Positions 39,408 through 51,437 of a stretch of DNA of 64,000 nucleotides are shown here, piece after piece. Within the stretch, counting starts at the first letter, position 1. Each line of letters opens with the position of its first letter. The DNA is from Massalongia carnosa (taxonomy: Eukaryota). Both the position numbers and the translations under genes were made by a program. The stretch covers positions 744,001 through 808,000 of the forward strand of contig OZ287085.1 of NCBI GenBank assembly GCA_965645245.1, in the 5' to 3' direction. The notes under the pieces were generated by a model, which worked only from the letters and a program-made list of their open reading frames with translations, ran no database searches and was not told where the DNA came from.

Positions 39408-40412
39408 CACGGGCATGGTGTGGATTTGACACGGGTAGACCTCGATGGATCACGAAACGAATGAAAAGATTTCAGCGGAATTTCTTTAATATTGTTCACG
39501 TAGACCTCGTTAATAAGATTTTCATAGACCTCGTTAACAACGTTCGGTCATACTCTTAAAGGTTCAAGTGCTTTCATGCAGTCATCGGCTGAGAGCTTAA
39601 AACGTACGACACGGGTCAGATGTGTCTAGCAAACGGGTCTCCTTCGTCTACAACACGGAGCCCTCCGGCTGAAAGAAATAAAACATATATACACATATTG
39701 TGGGGTCACAACCTACACGATACAAGGGATTTGGGTTATGAAAACCATCCGACTGATAGCTACCGTGAGCAACACGGCCCGAACCGGAGTCGTACCGGGG
39801 AAGGTAGAGGCAACCTAGTCATCAAATAGGACACCCTCGGGACAAGAAGGGGGCAATATACGAGGAACCAGTTAATTGATAACAGTCTAGGCCCTGAGCT
39901 AATAGACGAATTTTCAACGAGCACCCCTCCGAGTTGTCCTCGACTCGTTTTGGTTAGTAGGGACGGAAAATCGATACTATACTGCATGGTCAGGAGCATA
40001 GTGGTCGAAATCCCTGCGAGACATTGTCGGTTCATAAACGGGAGACCTTTATGAATAACGCGAAGTAGGCGTAAAAAACCCGTGGCGTGGTATGCAATGG
40101 CGGCCACCGTACGGAGACCGTCTGCATAGCCCGAGAGGACAGTATACCTATGTCGGTGAATCTAGAACAGGGAATGTCTATCTCGCTCGTAACGAGACCC
40201 CGTCGCTTCGCCGGCGCATGGGCTACGGCTAGACTCGCCCTTGATATATGCTTAAGGAGTAAACTGGGTTTGACCTGGGCGAAAGGGACGTCGTTTACCC
40301 CAATCGTAGAATTCATCAATAGTCTTGGGCCGTAAAACGCACCAGTGAGATGAAAGAAAACTGTGATAGAGACTTCACGAATGAGATATCAACTCTATTT
40401 TATCATTCTTTG

Positions 40413-43385
40413 CCCGTTCACGGACGATAATATTGAAGATTTAACGAATCAAGACAACGAAAATGACGACAATTGGCCGAATTTAACCGAAAATGAATTG
40501 CAAAATGCGATTAGTTTGTTTAATCCAAAGAAATCATGTAGACCTGATGCAATCTATTTCACAATAGTTCAAAAATCGTTACAACTATTGAAAAACGTGT
40601 TTTTTACAATTTATTCTAAATTTTTACAAATCGGTTATCACCCTTTATGCTGGCGAACAGGACTCGGTGCAGTTTTAAAAAAACCTAATAAAACAGACTA
40701 CTCGCTGCTAAAACCATATCGAATTATTACATTACTAAATTGTCTTGGTAAAATTGCGGAGAAAATAGTTGCAAATCGACTAGCCTACATTGGCGAAAAT
40801 TCGAGCTTGTTAGATACCGAACAAATAGGCGGACGCAAAGATCATTCTGCAATCGACGCAGTTATTAAACGTCGTAACTGATATCGAAATCGGAAACCGA
40901 AACAAAAAGGTTTTATCATGTCTATTACTCGATTTCAAAGGAGTATTTGACTTTCTTTCGCTTAAGCAATTGCTAAATGTCATGAAAAAGTTGTATTTAT
41001 CTCGCATAGTTATTCAATAGGTCAAGCATTTTATGACAAAACGATCGATCAATTTGATATTCGATGAATACAAAAGCAAAACGTACTATATCGAATCTGG
41101 AATTCCATAAGGTTCACCCATTTCGCCAATTCTATTTCTGATTTATATTCGTTACTTATTCCGAAAATACGAATGAAATTCAATGCTCATTCACCTAGCT
41201 TTATAGACGATGTTGCAATATATGTTGAAAATAAAACTGCCAAACAGAATTGTAAAGAAATCGAAATTATCATTAAAACAGCTTTTCATTGGGCCGCAAC
41301 GAATAATGTCAAATTTGATAACGACAAATCTGAGTTGATTTACATTGAAAAATCAAGAAATATATCAGAAGACAAAGTGCAATTACCAAACGGGAAAATA
41401 CTAGAACCGAAAAATTCTTTCAAATGGTTAGGAGTCTGGTTAGACCGAAACTAAATTACAAAAAACACGTCGAAACGCGAATATCTTCTGCAAATCGATC
41501 GTTTTTCGCAATTCAAAATTTGATGAAGTCTGAATAGTGACTAAAACCAACTGCATGCAGACAGCTCTATTTGTCATGCATTATTCCTATTTCGGACTAT
41601 GGCTCAGAAATCTGGTATAATTGTCAAAGAAATATAAAAAGCTATTTCAGAATCTGCAAAATTGAATGATTCGAAAGATTTTAGGCACATTCAAAACAAC
41701 GCCTGTTCATGCGATGGAAATTGAATCGCATATTTTACCAGCCAAGCTACGATTGTTGATAAAAAAAAAATACGCAATTCGATTATTGAAGATTGCCGAA
41801 AATAATCCTATTTGTCAAATAATTCCCAGAACCTATTCGGTGAAATTTGAAAACATCGGTTTTGACACTAGTTTATGGAACAACAGATATGCTGAATGGA
41901 ACGAAGACGAGAAAAAATCGAGTAAACCTCATCCTAGTCAGCTTATCCGTATTCTTCATTCCGTTTCGGATATAGTTCACAAAACTGATGAATTCGAATC
42001 TGTAAATAATTTCACCAAACCATGGAAGCCGTCTTGTAAAATAAAGTTCCAAATCGAAAGATCAAAAGAAACAGTAAAGTCCAGTTATTATTCGACTTTA
42101 TCAAAAATTCAATCAATAAACGCCGATAATTCGCGAGTGTTACTCTATACCGATGTATCAAAAACCGAGTTTTCAACTACCGCTGTCACGTTTGCACTAA
42201 TTACGCGAAATTGGAAAAATATCACCGATAACTTCAATCGTTTTATCGAAAAAGATTGTCTACTCAAAAATCATACTATTTCGAAAAGCTGGAAATTAAA
42301 CAAACAGTCAAGCCTTAAAAACGCTGAACTTTATGCTATACTACAACTAATGAAATGGGCATACAAATTGACAATTGCGAGTATTCTCTCCAATTTAGAA
42401 AAAACGATTTGGATTTTTTCCGATAGCATAAACGCGATAAGCGAAATTCAGAACTTGACAAATCATACTTACGCAAAACAAATTCGAAAATTCTCGACAT
42501 GCTTATTCGGAAACAATTATTAGGTGGTTCTACAATTGATTCCTAGTCATTCAAAAATCGTCGAAAATGAAATTGCACATAAAGAAGCAAAAGCGGGACA
42601 AAGTCGAATCCAAGTCGAGTCTTCGATAATAACATTTGATTATGTAAAGGGTCAAGTAAATCGAAATATGTTAGCCACATAGGCGAATCAATTGCAACAA
42701 TGCAAGTCAAAAAGCGAATACTATGAGAAATTCGAAATGCTTCCGGACAAATCGAGTTTTTATTATCTGTCGAATAATTGTTCGAAATTGATATTTGCGA
42801 CTATTATGCAAATGAAATTTGGACACGGTTATTTTCGATCATATCTGCACCGATTAAAAGATTATAATTCGTCAAAATGCACAGGGCGCTGCAACGAACG
42901 TCAAACGCCAGAACGCTTATTGATGATGTGCATACATTATTCCAATGAAATCCTAAACATGTAACAAAATATCGATACCACAATTACTTTAAAAATGTTG
43001 TTTAATACTAGGATCGGAAATAATATTTTTATTAAATTTATTGTTCATAACAAAATCGCGACTAGATAATGGATGCTAGGTCAGCTCAATAACGAAAATA
43101 TCGAAACGGGAGGTTGGGGAGAGGTTGGGGAGAGATCGAACAGTAAAATTTGAAATGGGTTTTGCTGGAATATTCACGAGCTTTACAAAAACAAATTGTA
43201 AAATCGATATTTCGATTACTAAAGGTTGTTACTAACACGTAGTAAAAATGGGGCAAAATTGACGATACATAGTTGGGTTATAAAGGTTTGATTTAATTTA
43301 TAAAATAAAAACATGTCTTAAAATAGTTTAGTGTCATAACCTTAGGTTGTATACACTTAATGAATAAATAAAAAAATTAAAAAAA
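40413..43385 (+). mobile_element. 5'-truncated, more diverged LINE-A (~3 kb), partner of NC copy 2
   Basis: RT and RNaseH remnants (40363-40881, 41173-41454, 41666-42523), 3'UTR and A-rich tail. Confidence 0.92.
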
Positions 43386-43673
43386 GACCGTTCCTCTCTA
43401 AGGCAGTAGGTCTGATTTAACCCTTTACCAGACACTACAATAGGTGAAAATAATAAAAGTTTTAGTTTGCTTTTTTCAATAAAGATAAATTTAATGCAAT
43501 GTAAGATAAGACGAGACTTTCAATTCTGATTAATCTGAAACTAGACCTTTGGTATAAACCTATTACAGACGTTTTTACCCTTCTTTTCAGTGATCTGTTG
43601 ACCGGCCGTTCAACGAAGATCGATAAAGCCACAAATGGAATATGAAAAAATTATCCGTGAAATATACTGTGAA
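43386..43673 (-). mobile_element. LINE-A beta 5'UTR fragment in inverted orientation
   Basis: Matches ~23585-23875 of the full-length beta copy. Confidence 0.85.
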
Positions 43674-45763
43674 TTACCCAGATGGCTAGCACGTGATCGT
43701 CATAAAAAGATCAAATTATCCGTCGTTTTGACATTTAATAATCGAAATATGGCCTTGAACGCGTTAAAAGAAATCAATATTGCGGGCCGACATTGTGACA
43801 CGGAAATATTAACCTCCTTTCGTCCAAAAACATAATGCATTAATTGTCAAAAAATTTGACACGAGCATTATCAATGCAAAAGTCAAGCGAAATGCAGCAT
43901 ATTTGCGCAAAATATTGAAAACCACAATCATGAATGCACAACATGCAAATCGAAAATTGCGTGTGCACACCTCTTCGTCAAATGCGCGAATTGCAACAAG
44001 AATAATCAATCCAATGATGAGAATTGAGAAATGGTTATTTGTTTAAATATTCGACAATCGACTGACGAACGGACAACATTCGTTAACAATTATCGAAAAT
44101 AAACAAAATGTTAAATTTATTCAACATAATTATGCAAAGTCAAAGAATGCAATGATTTTGTGTTTGGAATATGCTTTATCAAATAACATTTATATTGTGT
44201 TGTTTTCAGTAACAATGGACACGAGATCAAAAAACAATATCAAATCCGTCATTTACCTGTATTATGCCAAAAATAGCAACTTATCGCTCGAGATTAGCTA
44301 TATTTGTCACAAAATGATTTCCCAAACTGTAATGCACGCCTAGAACGGATCTTATTTACGATAAAGATATGCAAATTATTGAAAATACAATTGATGAGGT
44401 TTGAAAAGTGCAGATTTTCAATATCTATAACGAAAAAAGTCAAAGTCATCGAGAAACATATATAATAGATTGACTTTTAGTCAAATATCAACCTTCATCA
44501 ACTGATTAATTTATCATATATGGAGATTTCAATGCACATAATAACTGGTAGAATTCGAAAACACACAAGCAATTAAACCAGAAAATCTATCAAATAGTTG
44601 AATATAAGCAATTGTAGTTTGATAAACATACCTGATTTATGCATATACTACGCCTATTCTGGAAGTTCTTTATCTATTATGGATTTAACATTTGCAAATT
44701 CTAAAATCGAAAATGCAGTTACAAAATAATTGGTCAATCCATGAAAACGAAGTCACAGGTTCAGATCATGAAGTAATCCGATTTGAATTAATCGCATCTT
44801 TCAAAAATTTAACGACACATGCTACCGCATTATCGAATAAATATGATCGGAACAAAGCAGATTGGAATAAATTCGCGAAATTTCTAGACGAAAATTTAAT
44901 CATCTACGAATCACAAGTTCAAAGTTTATTGAATAATCATCAATTCGACGAATAAGCGATATATTTTCAATACATTATCAAAAAAGCGACAAAAATGTTT
45001 ATTCTGAAAACAAAAATTTGTGCAAAATCGAAAAATTGGTGGTCGCAAGATTTAATCGAACTTAGGAAAACCATTTGCAGACATAATCGAGAAAGGAAGA
45101 ATTATCCGTCCGATTTTGGTAATCGGACGTTTAAATATATTCGAATAAAATATTTTCATGTAATACAAAAAGCAAAACAACAAACCTGGTTGACTTTTCT
45201 AGAAAATGCAGCAAATAAATATTTATATACCGCGTATAAATACACTAAACCGCGCATGTTCGAAAAAATACCGCCGATTCTACATGAAAACAAGCAAAAT
45301 GTTCAGTTTGATGACAAATGCGATGCATTTGTATCAGCAATGTACACAAGAAACCCATTTATAGACGATAATGTCGAAGATTTTTATCCAATCAAGGCAG
45401 CCAAAATGACGATAATAGGCCAGATTTAACCGAAAACGAGTTGAAAATTGCGATTAATTTATTTAATCGGAAGAAAGCATGTGGGCCTGATGCAATCAAT
45501 TTCATAATTGTTCAAAAATCTTTTCAATCGTTGAAAACCATGTTTTTCAATATTTTTTCGGAATTCATGCGAGTCGGTTCCGTTATGCGGGCGGTCTGGA
45601 TTCGGTGCAGTTCTGAAAAAACCTAATAAATCAGACTATTCGCTACCAAAATCATATCGAATTATCACATTACTAAATTGTCTTGGTAAAATTGCTGAAA
45701 AAATCGTTGCAAATCGACTAGCCTAATTCGGCGAAAATTCTAATTTACTAGAAATCGAGCAGA

Positions 45764-48700
45764 GAAAATTTAGTCAAATGGTTGAAAAAAAACAAATGTA
45801 GTTTTATAAATACACCTGATTTATGCACATTCTACGCCCATTCTGGAAGTTCATCATCTGTTATTGATTTAACTTTTGCAAATTCCAAAATCGAAAATGA
45901 AATTACAAACTGGGCAATCGATGAAAACGCAATCACAGGTTCAGATCATGAAGTCATCCGATTTGAACTAATCGCATCTTTCAAGAATTTGACGTCACAT
46001 GCAACCGCATTATCGAATAAATAAAATTGCAATAAAGCCAATTGGAATAAATTCGCGAAGTTTCTAGACGAAAATTCAATCAACTACGAATCAAAAGTTC
46101 AAAGTTTATTGAATAATCATCAATTCGACGAATCAGCGATACATTTGCAAAAAATAATCAAAAACGCGGCTGAAATGTTTATTCCGAAAACAAAAATATG
46201 TGCAAAATCGAAAAATTGGTGGTCGCAAGATTTAACCGAACTTCGAAAAATCATGTGCAGGCATCGTCGAGAATGGAAGAAATATCAGTCCGATTTTAGT
46301 CATCGGACGTTTAAACATATTCGAATCGAGTATTTTCATGCAATTCGAAAAGCAAAACAACAAACCTGGTTGACTTTTCTAGAAAATGCAGCGAATAAAG
46401 ACGAGTTTACCGCGTACAAATATACTAAACCGCGCATATTCGAAAAAATACCACCGATTCTACATGAAAATAAGCTTAATGTTCAGTTTGATGACAAATG
46501 CGATGCGTTTGTGTCAGCAATGTACAATAAAAACCCATTTATAGACGATAATGTCGAAGATTTACCAAGTCAAGACAGCAAAAATGATGATAATTGGCCA
46601 GATTTGACCGAAAACAAGCTGCAAAATGCGATTAATTTATTTAATCCGAAGAAAGCATGTGGACCTGATGCAATCAATTTTACAATTGTTCAAAAATCGT
46701 TTCAATCGTTGAAAAACGTGATTTTCATGATTTATTCGAAATTCATTCGAATCGGTTATCACCCGTTATGCTGGCGGACAGGACTCGGTGCAGTTCTGAA
46801 AAAACCTAATAAATCAGACTATTCGCTACCAAAATCATATCGAATTATCACATTACTAAATTGTCTTGGTAAAATTGCTGAGAAAATCGTTGCAAATTGA
46901 CTAGCCTACTTCGGCGAAAATTCGAATTTACTAGATATCGAACAGATGTGCGGACGCAAAAATCATTCTGCAATTGACGCAGTAATGAACCTCGTTCAAG
47001 ATATCGAAATTGCGAATCGTAATAAAAACGTTTTATCCTGTTTATTACTCGATGTCAAAGGCGCATTTGACTTTGTCTCTATTAATCAACTGCTAAATGT
47101 CATGAAAAAGCTGAAATTATCTCGCATAATAATTCAATGGGTTAAGCATTTCATGACAAAACGATCGATCAATTTGATATTCGATGAAAACAAAAGCAAA
47201 ATATATTTTGTCGAATCAGGAATTCCACAAGGTTCACCAATCTCCCCTATTCTATTTCTGATTTACATTCGTCACTTGTTTCCGAAAATACGAACGAAAT
47301 TTAGTGCACATTCTCCCAGTTTTATTGACGATGTTGTAATATATGTCGAAAATAAAACTGCAAAACAAAATTGCAAAGAAATCGAAATCATAGTCAAAAC
47401 AGCTTTTGATTGGGCAGCATCGAATAATGTCAAATTTGATGACGATAAATCCGAGCTGATTCACTTCGAAAAGACAAGAAATATATCGAAAGACACATTG
47501 GAATTACCAAACGGGACAATACTAGAACCGAATAATGTAGTCAAATGGTTGGGCGTCTGGCTAGACCGAAAACTAAATTTCAAAAAACACGTCGAAACGC
47601 GAATCTCTTCTGCGAATCGATCATTTTTTGCAATTCAGAATTTGATGAAATCCGAATTGGGTCTGAAACCGACCGCATGCAGACAGCTCTATTTGTCATG
47701 CATTGTACCTATTTCGGACTACGGCTCAGAAATTTGTATAATGCTCAAAAGAAATATGAAAAACTATTTCAGAATTTGCAAAATCGAATGATTCGGAAAA
47801 TTTTAGGAACTTTCAAAACCATACCTGTTCAGTCGATGGAAATTGAATCACATGTTTTACCAGTCAAACTTCGATTATTAATGAAAAGTCAAAAATACGC
47901 AATTCGATTATTGAAGATTGCCGAAAATAATCCCATTTGTCAAAGAATTCCAAACACAAATTCGATAAAATATGAAAACATCGGTCTTGATACTAGCTTA
48001 TGGAACAACAAATATGCCGAATGGAACGAAGATGAAAAACAGACAAATAAATGACAACTTAGTCAGCTTATTCGCGTTCTTCATTCCGTTTCTGACATAG
48101 TTCACAAAACTGATGAATTTGAACAATTAAATCATTTCATTAAACCTTGGAAATCGTCTTGCAAAATGAATTTCAAATCGAAAATACAAAAGAATCTGCA
48201 AAATCGAGTTATTATTCGACCTTATCAAAATTCAATCAATGAACTTTGATAAATCCTGAGTTTTACTTTATACGGATAAATCATAAATCGAATTTGCAAC
48301 GTCTGCAGTCACATTTGCACCAATTTTGCGGAATTTGAATAATATTATTGACAATTTTGATCGATTTATCGAAAAAGATTGTCGGATCAAGTATCATTCG
48401 ATTTCGAAAAGCTGGAAATTAAGCAAACAGTCAAGCATTAAAAATGCTGAACTGCATGCGATTTTACAAGCAATGAAATGTGTCTATAAATTGTCGAATA
48501 CTAATATTTTATCGAACTTAGAAAAAACGATTTGGATTTTTTCTGATAGCATAAAGGCGATAAACGAAATTCAGAACTTGACAAATCATATTTTCGCAAG
48601 ACAAATTCGAAAGCTCGCAAAACGCTTATTTGAAAGCAATTATCAGGTGATTTTGCAATGGATTCCGAGTTATTCGAAAATTAACGAAAACGAAATTTCA

Positions 48701-49504
48701 GACAAAACAGCAAAGACGGGACATAATCGAATCCTAGTCGAGTCCTCGGCGATAACATTTGACTATGTAAAAGATCAAATAAATCAAAATATGCTAACTA
48801 CATAGACCAATCAATGGCAACAATGCAAATCGAAAGGCAAATACTATGAGAAATTCGAAATGCAACCTGGCATATCGAGTTTTTATTATTTATCAAACAA
48901 CTGCTCCAAATTGATATTTGCAACTATTATGCAACTAAAATTCGGACACGGTTATTTTCGATCATATTTACATCGATTGAAAGATTATAATTCGTCAAAA
49001 TGCACAAATAGATGCAATCAACGACAAACGCCAGAACACTTGTTATTGAATTGCATTCACTAATTCGATGAAATTCAAAACATGAAACAACATGTCGATA
49101 CTACTACCAACTTGAATATGTTGTTTAATACAAAAATTGGAAATAACATTTTAATTAAATTCATTGTCAATAACAAAATCGCGACTAGAAAATGGATACT
49201 AGGTCAGCTTGATGACGAAATTGTTGAAACGGGAGGCTGGGGAGAGATCGAACAGTAAAATCAGAAATTATTTATGTTGAAACATTTACGAACTTACTAA
49301 GACAAATTGTAAAATCGATAATTTCTCGATTACTATAGGTTGTTACTAACACGGAGTTAAAATACGGGGGTAAATTGACGATACATAGATGGGTTGTAAA
49401 GGGTTGATTTATTTGTATTATAGAAACATTTCCTAAAAGAGTTTAGCGTCATAACCTTAGGTTGAATACACTTAATGAATAAATAAAAATACAAAATAAA
49501 AAAA
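45764..49504 (+). mobile_element. 5'-truncated LINE-A (3.7 kb)
   Basis: 14-bp TSD agaaatcgagcaga (45750-45763, 49505-49518); ORFs 46109-46900, 46946-47791, 48326-48805; A-rich tail. Confidence 0.94.
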
Positions 49505-50025
49505 AGAAATCGAGCAGATGTGCGGACGCAAAAATCATTCTGCAATTTACGTCGTAATAAATGTTGATCATGATATCGAAATTGCAAATCGAACTAAAAA
49601 CGTCTTATCATATTTATTACTCGATATCAAAGGCGCATTTGACTTTGTCTCGATTAATTAACTGCTAAAAGTCATGAAAAAGCTAAAATTATCTCGCATA
49701 ATAATTCAATAGGTGAAGTATTTCATGACGAAAAGATCGATCAATTTGATATTCGATGATAACAAAAGTAAAACATATTTTGTCGAATCAGGAATTCCAT
49801 TAGGCTAACCAATCTCGCCTATTCTCTTTCTGATTTATATTCGTCACTTGTTTCCGAAAATACGAATGAAATTCGATGCACATTTTCCTAGTTTTATTGA
49901 CGATGTTGCAATATTTTTTTTATTTATTTATTAAGTGTATTTAACCTAAGGTTATGACTCTAAACTATTTAGGATATGTTTCTATACTACAAATAAATCA
50001 ACCCTTTATAACCCCTCTATGTATT

Positions 50026-50262
50026 TGTCGAAAGCCGATTAGTCAGTTGGCTGGTAGCACTACCTGCACTCGATCACGTGACCCTATGAAAATGCAGGGC
50101 TAGTGAAGGTGCCTAATACGCTAGCTCCGAGTAAGCTACGGAAGCTAAATCACTAGCTTAGAAGATTAGGGCACCTCAACTGTATATAGAAGGCTTCGCC
50201 CACCTAGCTAGAGAATCAAGCAATCTACTACCTATGCTTCATTTACCTATGTGCTTTTGATA
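50026..50262 (+). repeat. copia 5' LTR
   Basis: Direct repeat of 55863-56099, about 21 mismatches by manual count. Confidence 0.95.
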
Positions 50263-50882
50263 GGTTATTATCCCGGATTGCAGGGCATCTTCGACGTGTT
50301 TGCTTATTACTTTTGAAAATCCAATTTATACTTTTCAACTTTCATCTCTACCCTTACCCGAGACATCTCTAAGGAACAAGTTGACCTTCAAATAGCTAAG
50401 CAAACCTATCGACTCCCCAGCTTCCCCTTTTTCTACTGTAGTAAATACTAATGGAATTTTCTCAGTCATGCCTTCGGACGTCGGAGATTGAACTCAAACC
50501 TTGGTGGTCAAATTGCCACTACATGGGTATTACATGTGGCAATTTTCCTGCAAGCGAAGCTCTAAGTCAAGCCCAAACTTGGGGAATCCCTTACTTTTTT
50601 CGTTTTGCTTTAGGCTAATTACATATTTTCAATCTCCCTGCCACCGCATTTCACGAGTTGAACACGAAATACACATGCCAACTACGTATTAACTACGTAC
50701 GAAACACCAAAAAGACACGAAGTACGCGTGGTTCAGTTGAGAAATTCAATCTCCTGGCCACCACTTTAATTTTGTTTGCGCGGGCCGCGAGAGCAATCTC
50801 CCAGCCACCAAATTTTGCTTGGCCCCCTATTCGAGCTGCTGCTACGCAAGGCAGACATAAGACTGCCGAATATGGCCTCGAA

Positions 50883-51180
50883 AAAGGCACAACCGAAGCC
50901 AAAATTATTCAAGGCCTAACCAAAACTAAAGCTATTCAAGTCACAACCAAAGCCAAAGCTATTCAAGACATAACCAAAGCCAAATCTATTCAAGGCATAA
51001 CCAAAGCATAATTTATTCAAGGCACAACCAAAGCCAAAGTTATTCAAGGCACAACCAAAGCAAAATTTATTCAAGGCACAACTAAAGCAAAAGTTATTCA
51101 AGGCACAACCAAAGCCAAAGCTATTCAATGCAAAATCAAAGCCAAAGCTATTCAAGGCACAATCAAGGCCAAAGCTCATC
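50883..51180 (+). repeat. 27-bp tandem repeat (caaggcacaaccaaagccaaagctatt), ~11 units, in the copia leader
   Basis: Direct tandem repeat; unit length is a multiple of 3. Confidence 0.93.
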
Positions 51181-51437
51181 AAGCTCGAGCGGTATTTCCC
51201 CCCAACAACTCAATCGATAGAGGCTGCTATCATAGCGTCACTGTTAGAGGAATCAGATCAAGACAAGGATTTCGTAACGCAAGATTCCTAAATATCGAAC
51301 TCCTCCAGTCACCCCAGGCCAGTCTGAATCTGAGTCGGACCTAGAAGCCCCAAGCGACTGTGACCTTTTTGGCCTGACAGTTAGATCGCCCAAGAGAAGT
51401 AACCCCAAAGGTAAGCTATCATCATCTCGCTGCCCGT

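Larger units (their letters stand above)
30435..40412 (+). mobile_element. Non-coding element NC copy 2, 5'-truncated, in three pieces (30435-30879, 33722-33777, 39408-40412), fused to LINE-A at 40413
   Basis: Reverse complement of most of 31868-33210; split by two insertions with TSDs; ends ctctattttatcattctttg. Confidence 0.85.

Noticed and set aside
38023..39453. 476-aa ORF as a complete ORF1
   Set aside because: The first ~15 codons come from flanking NC sequence beyond the TSD; the element is 5'-truncated at 39407.
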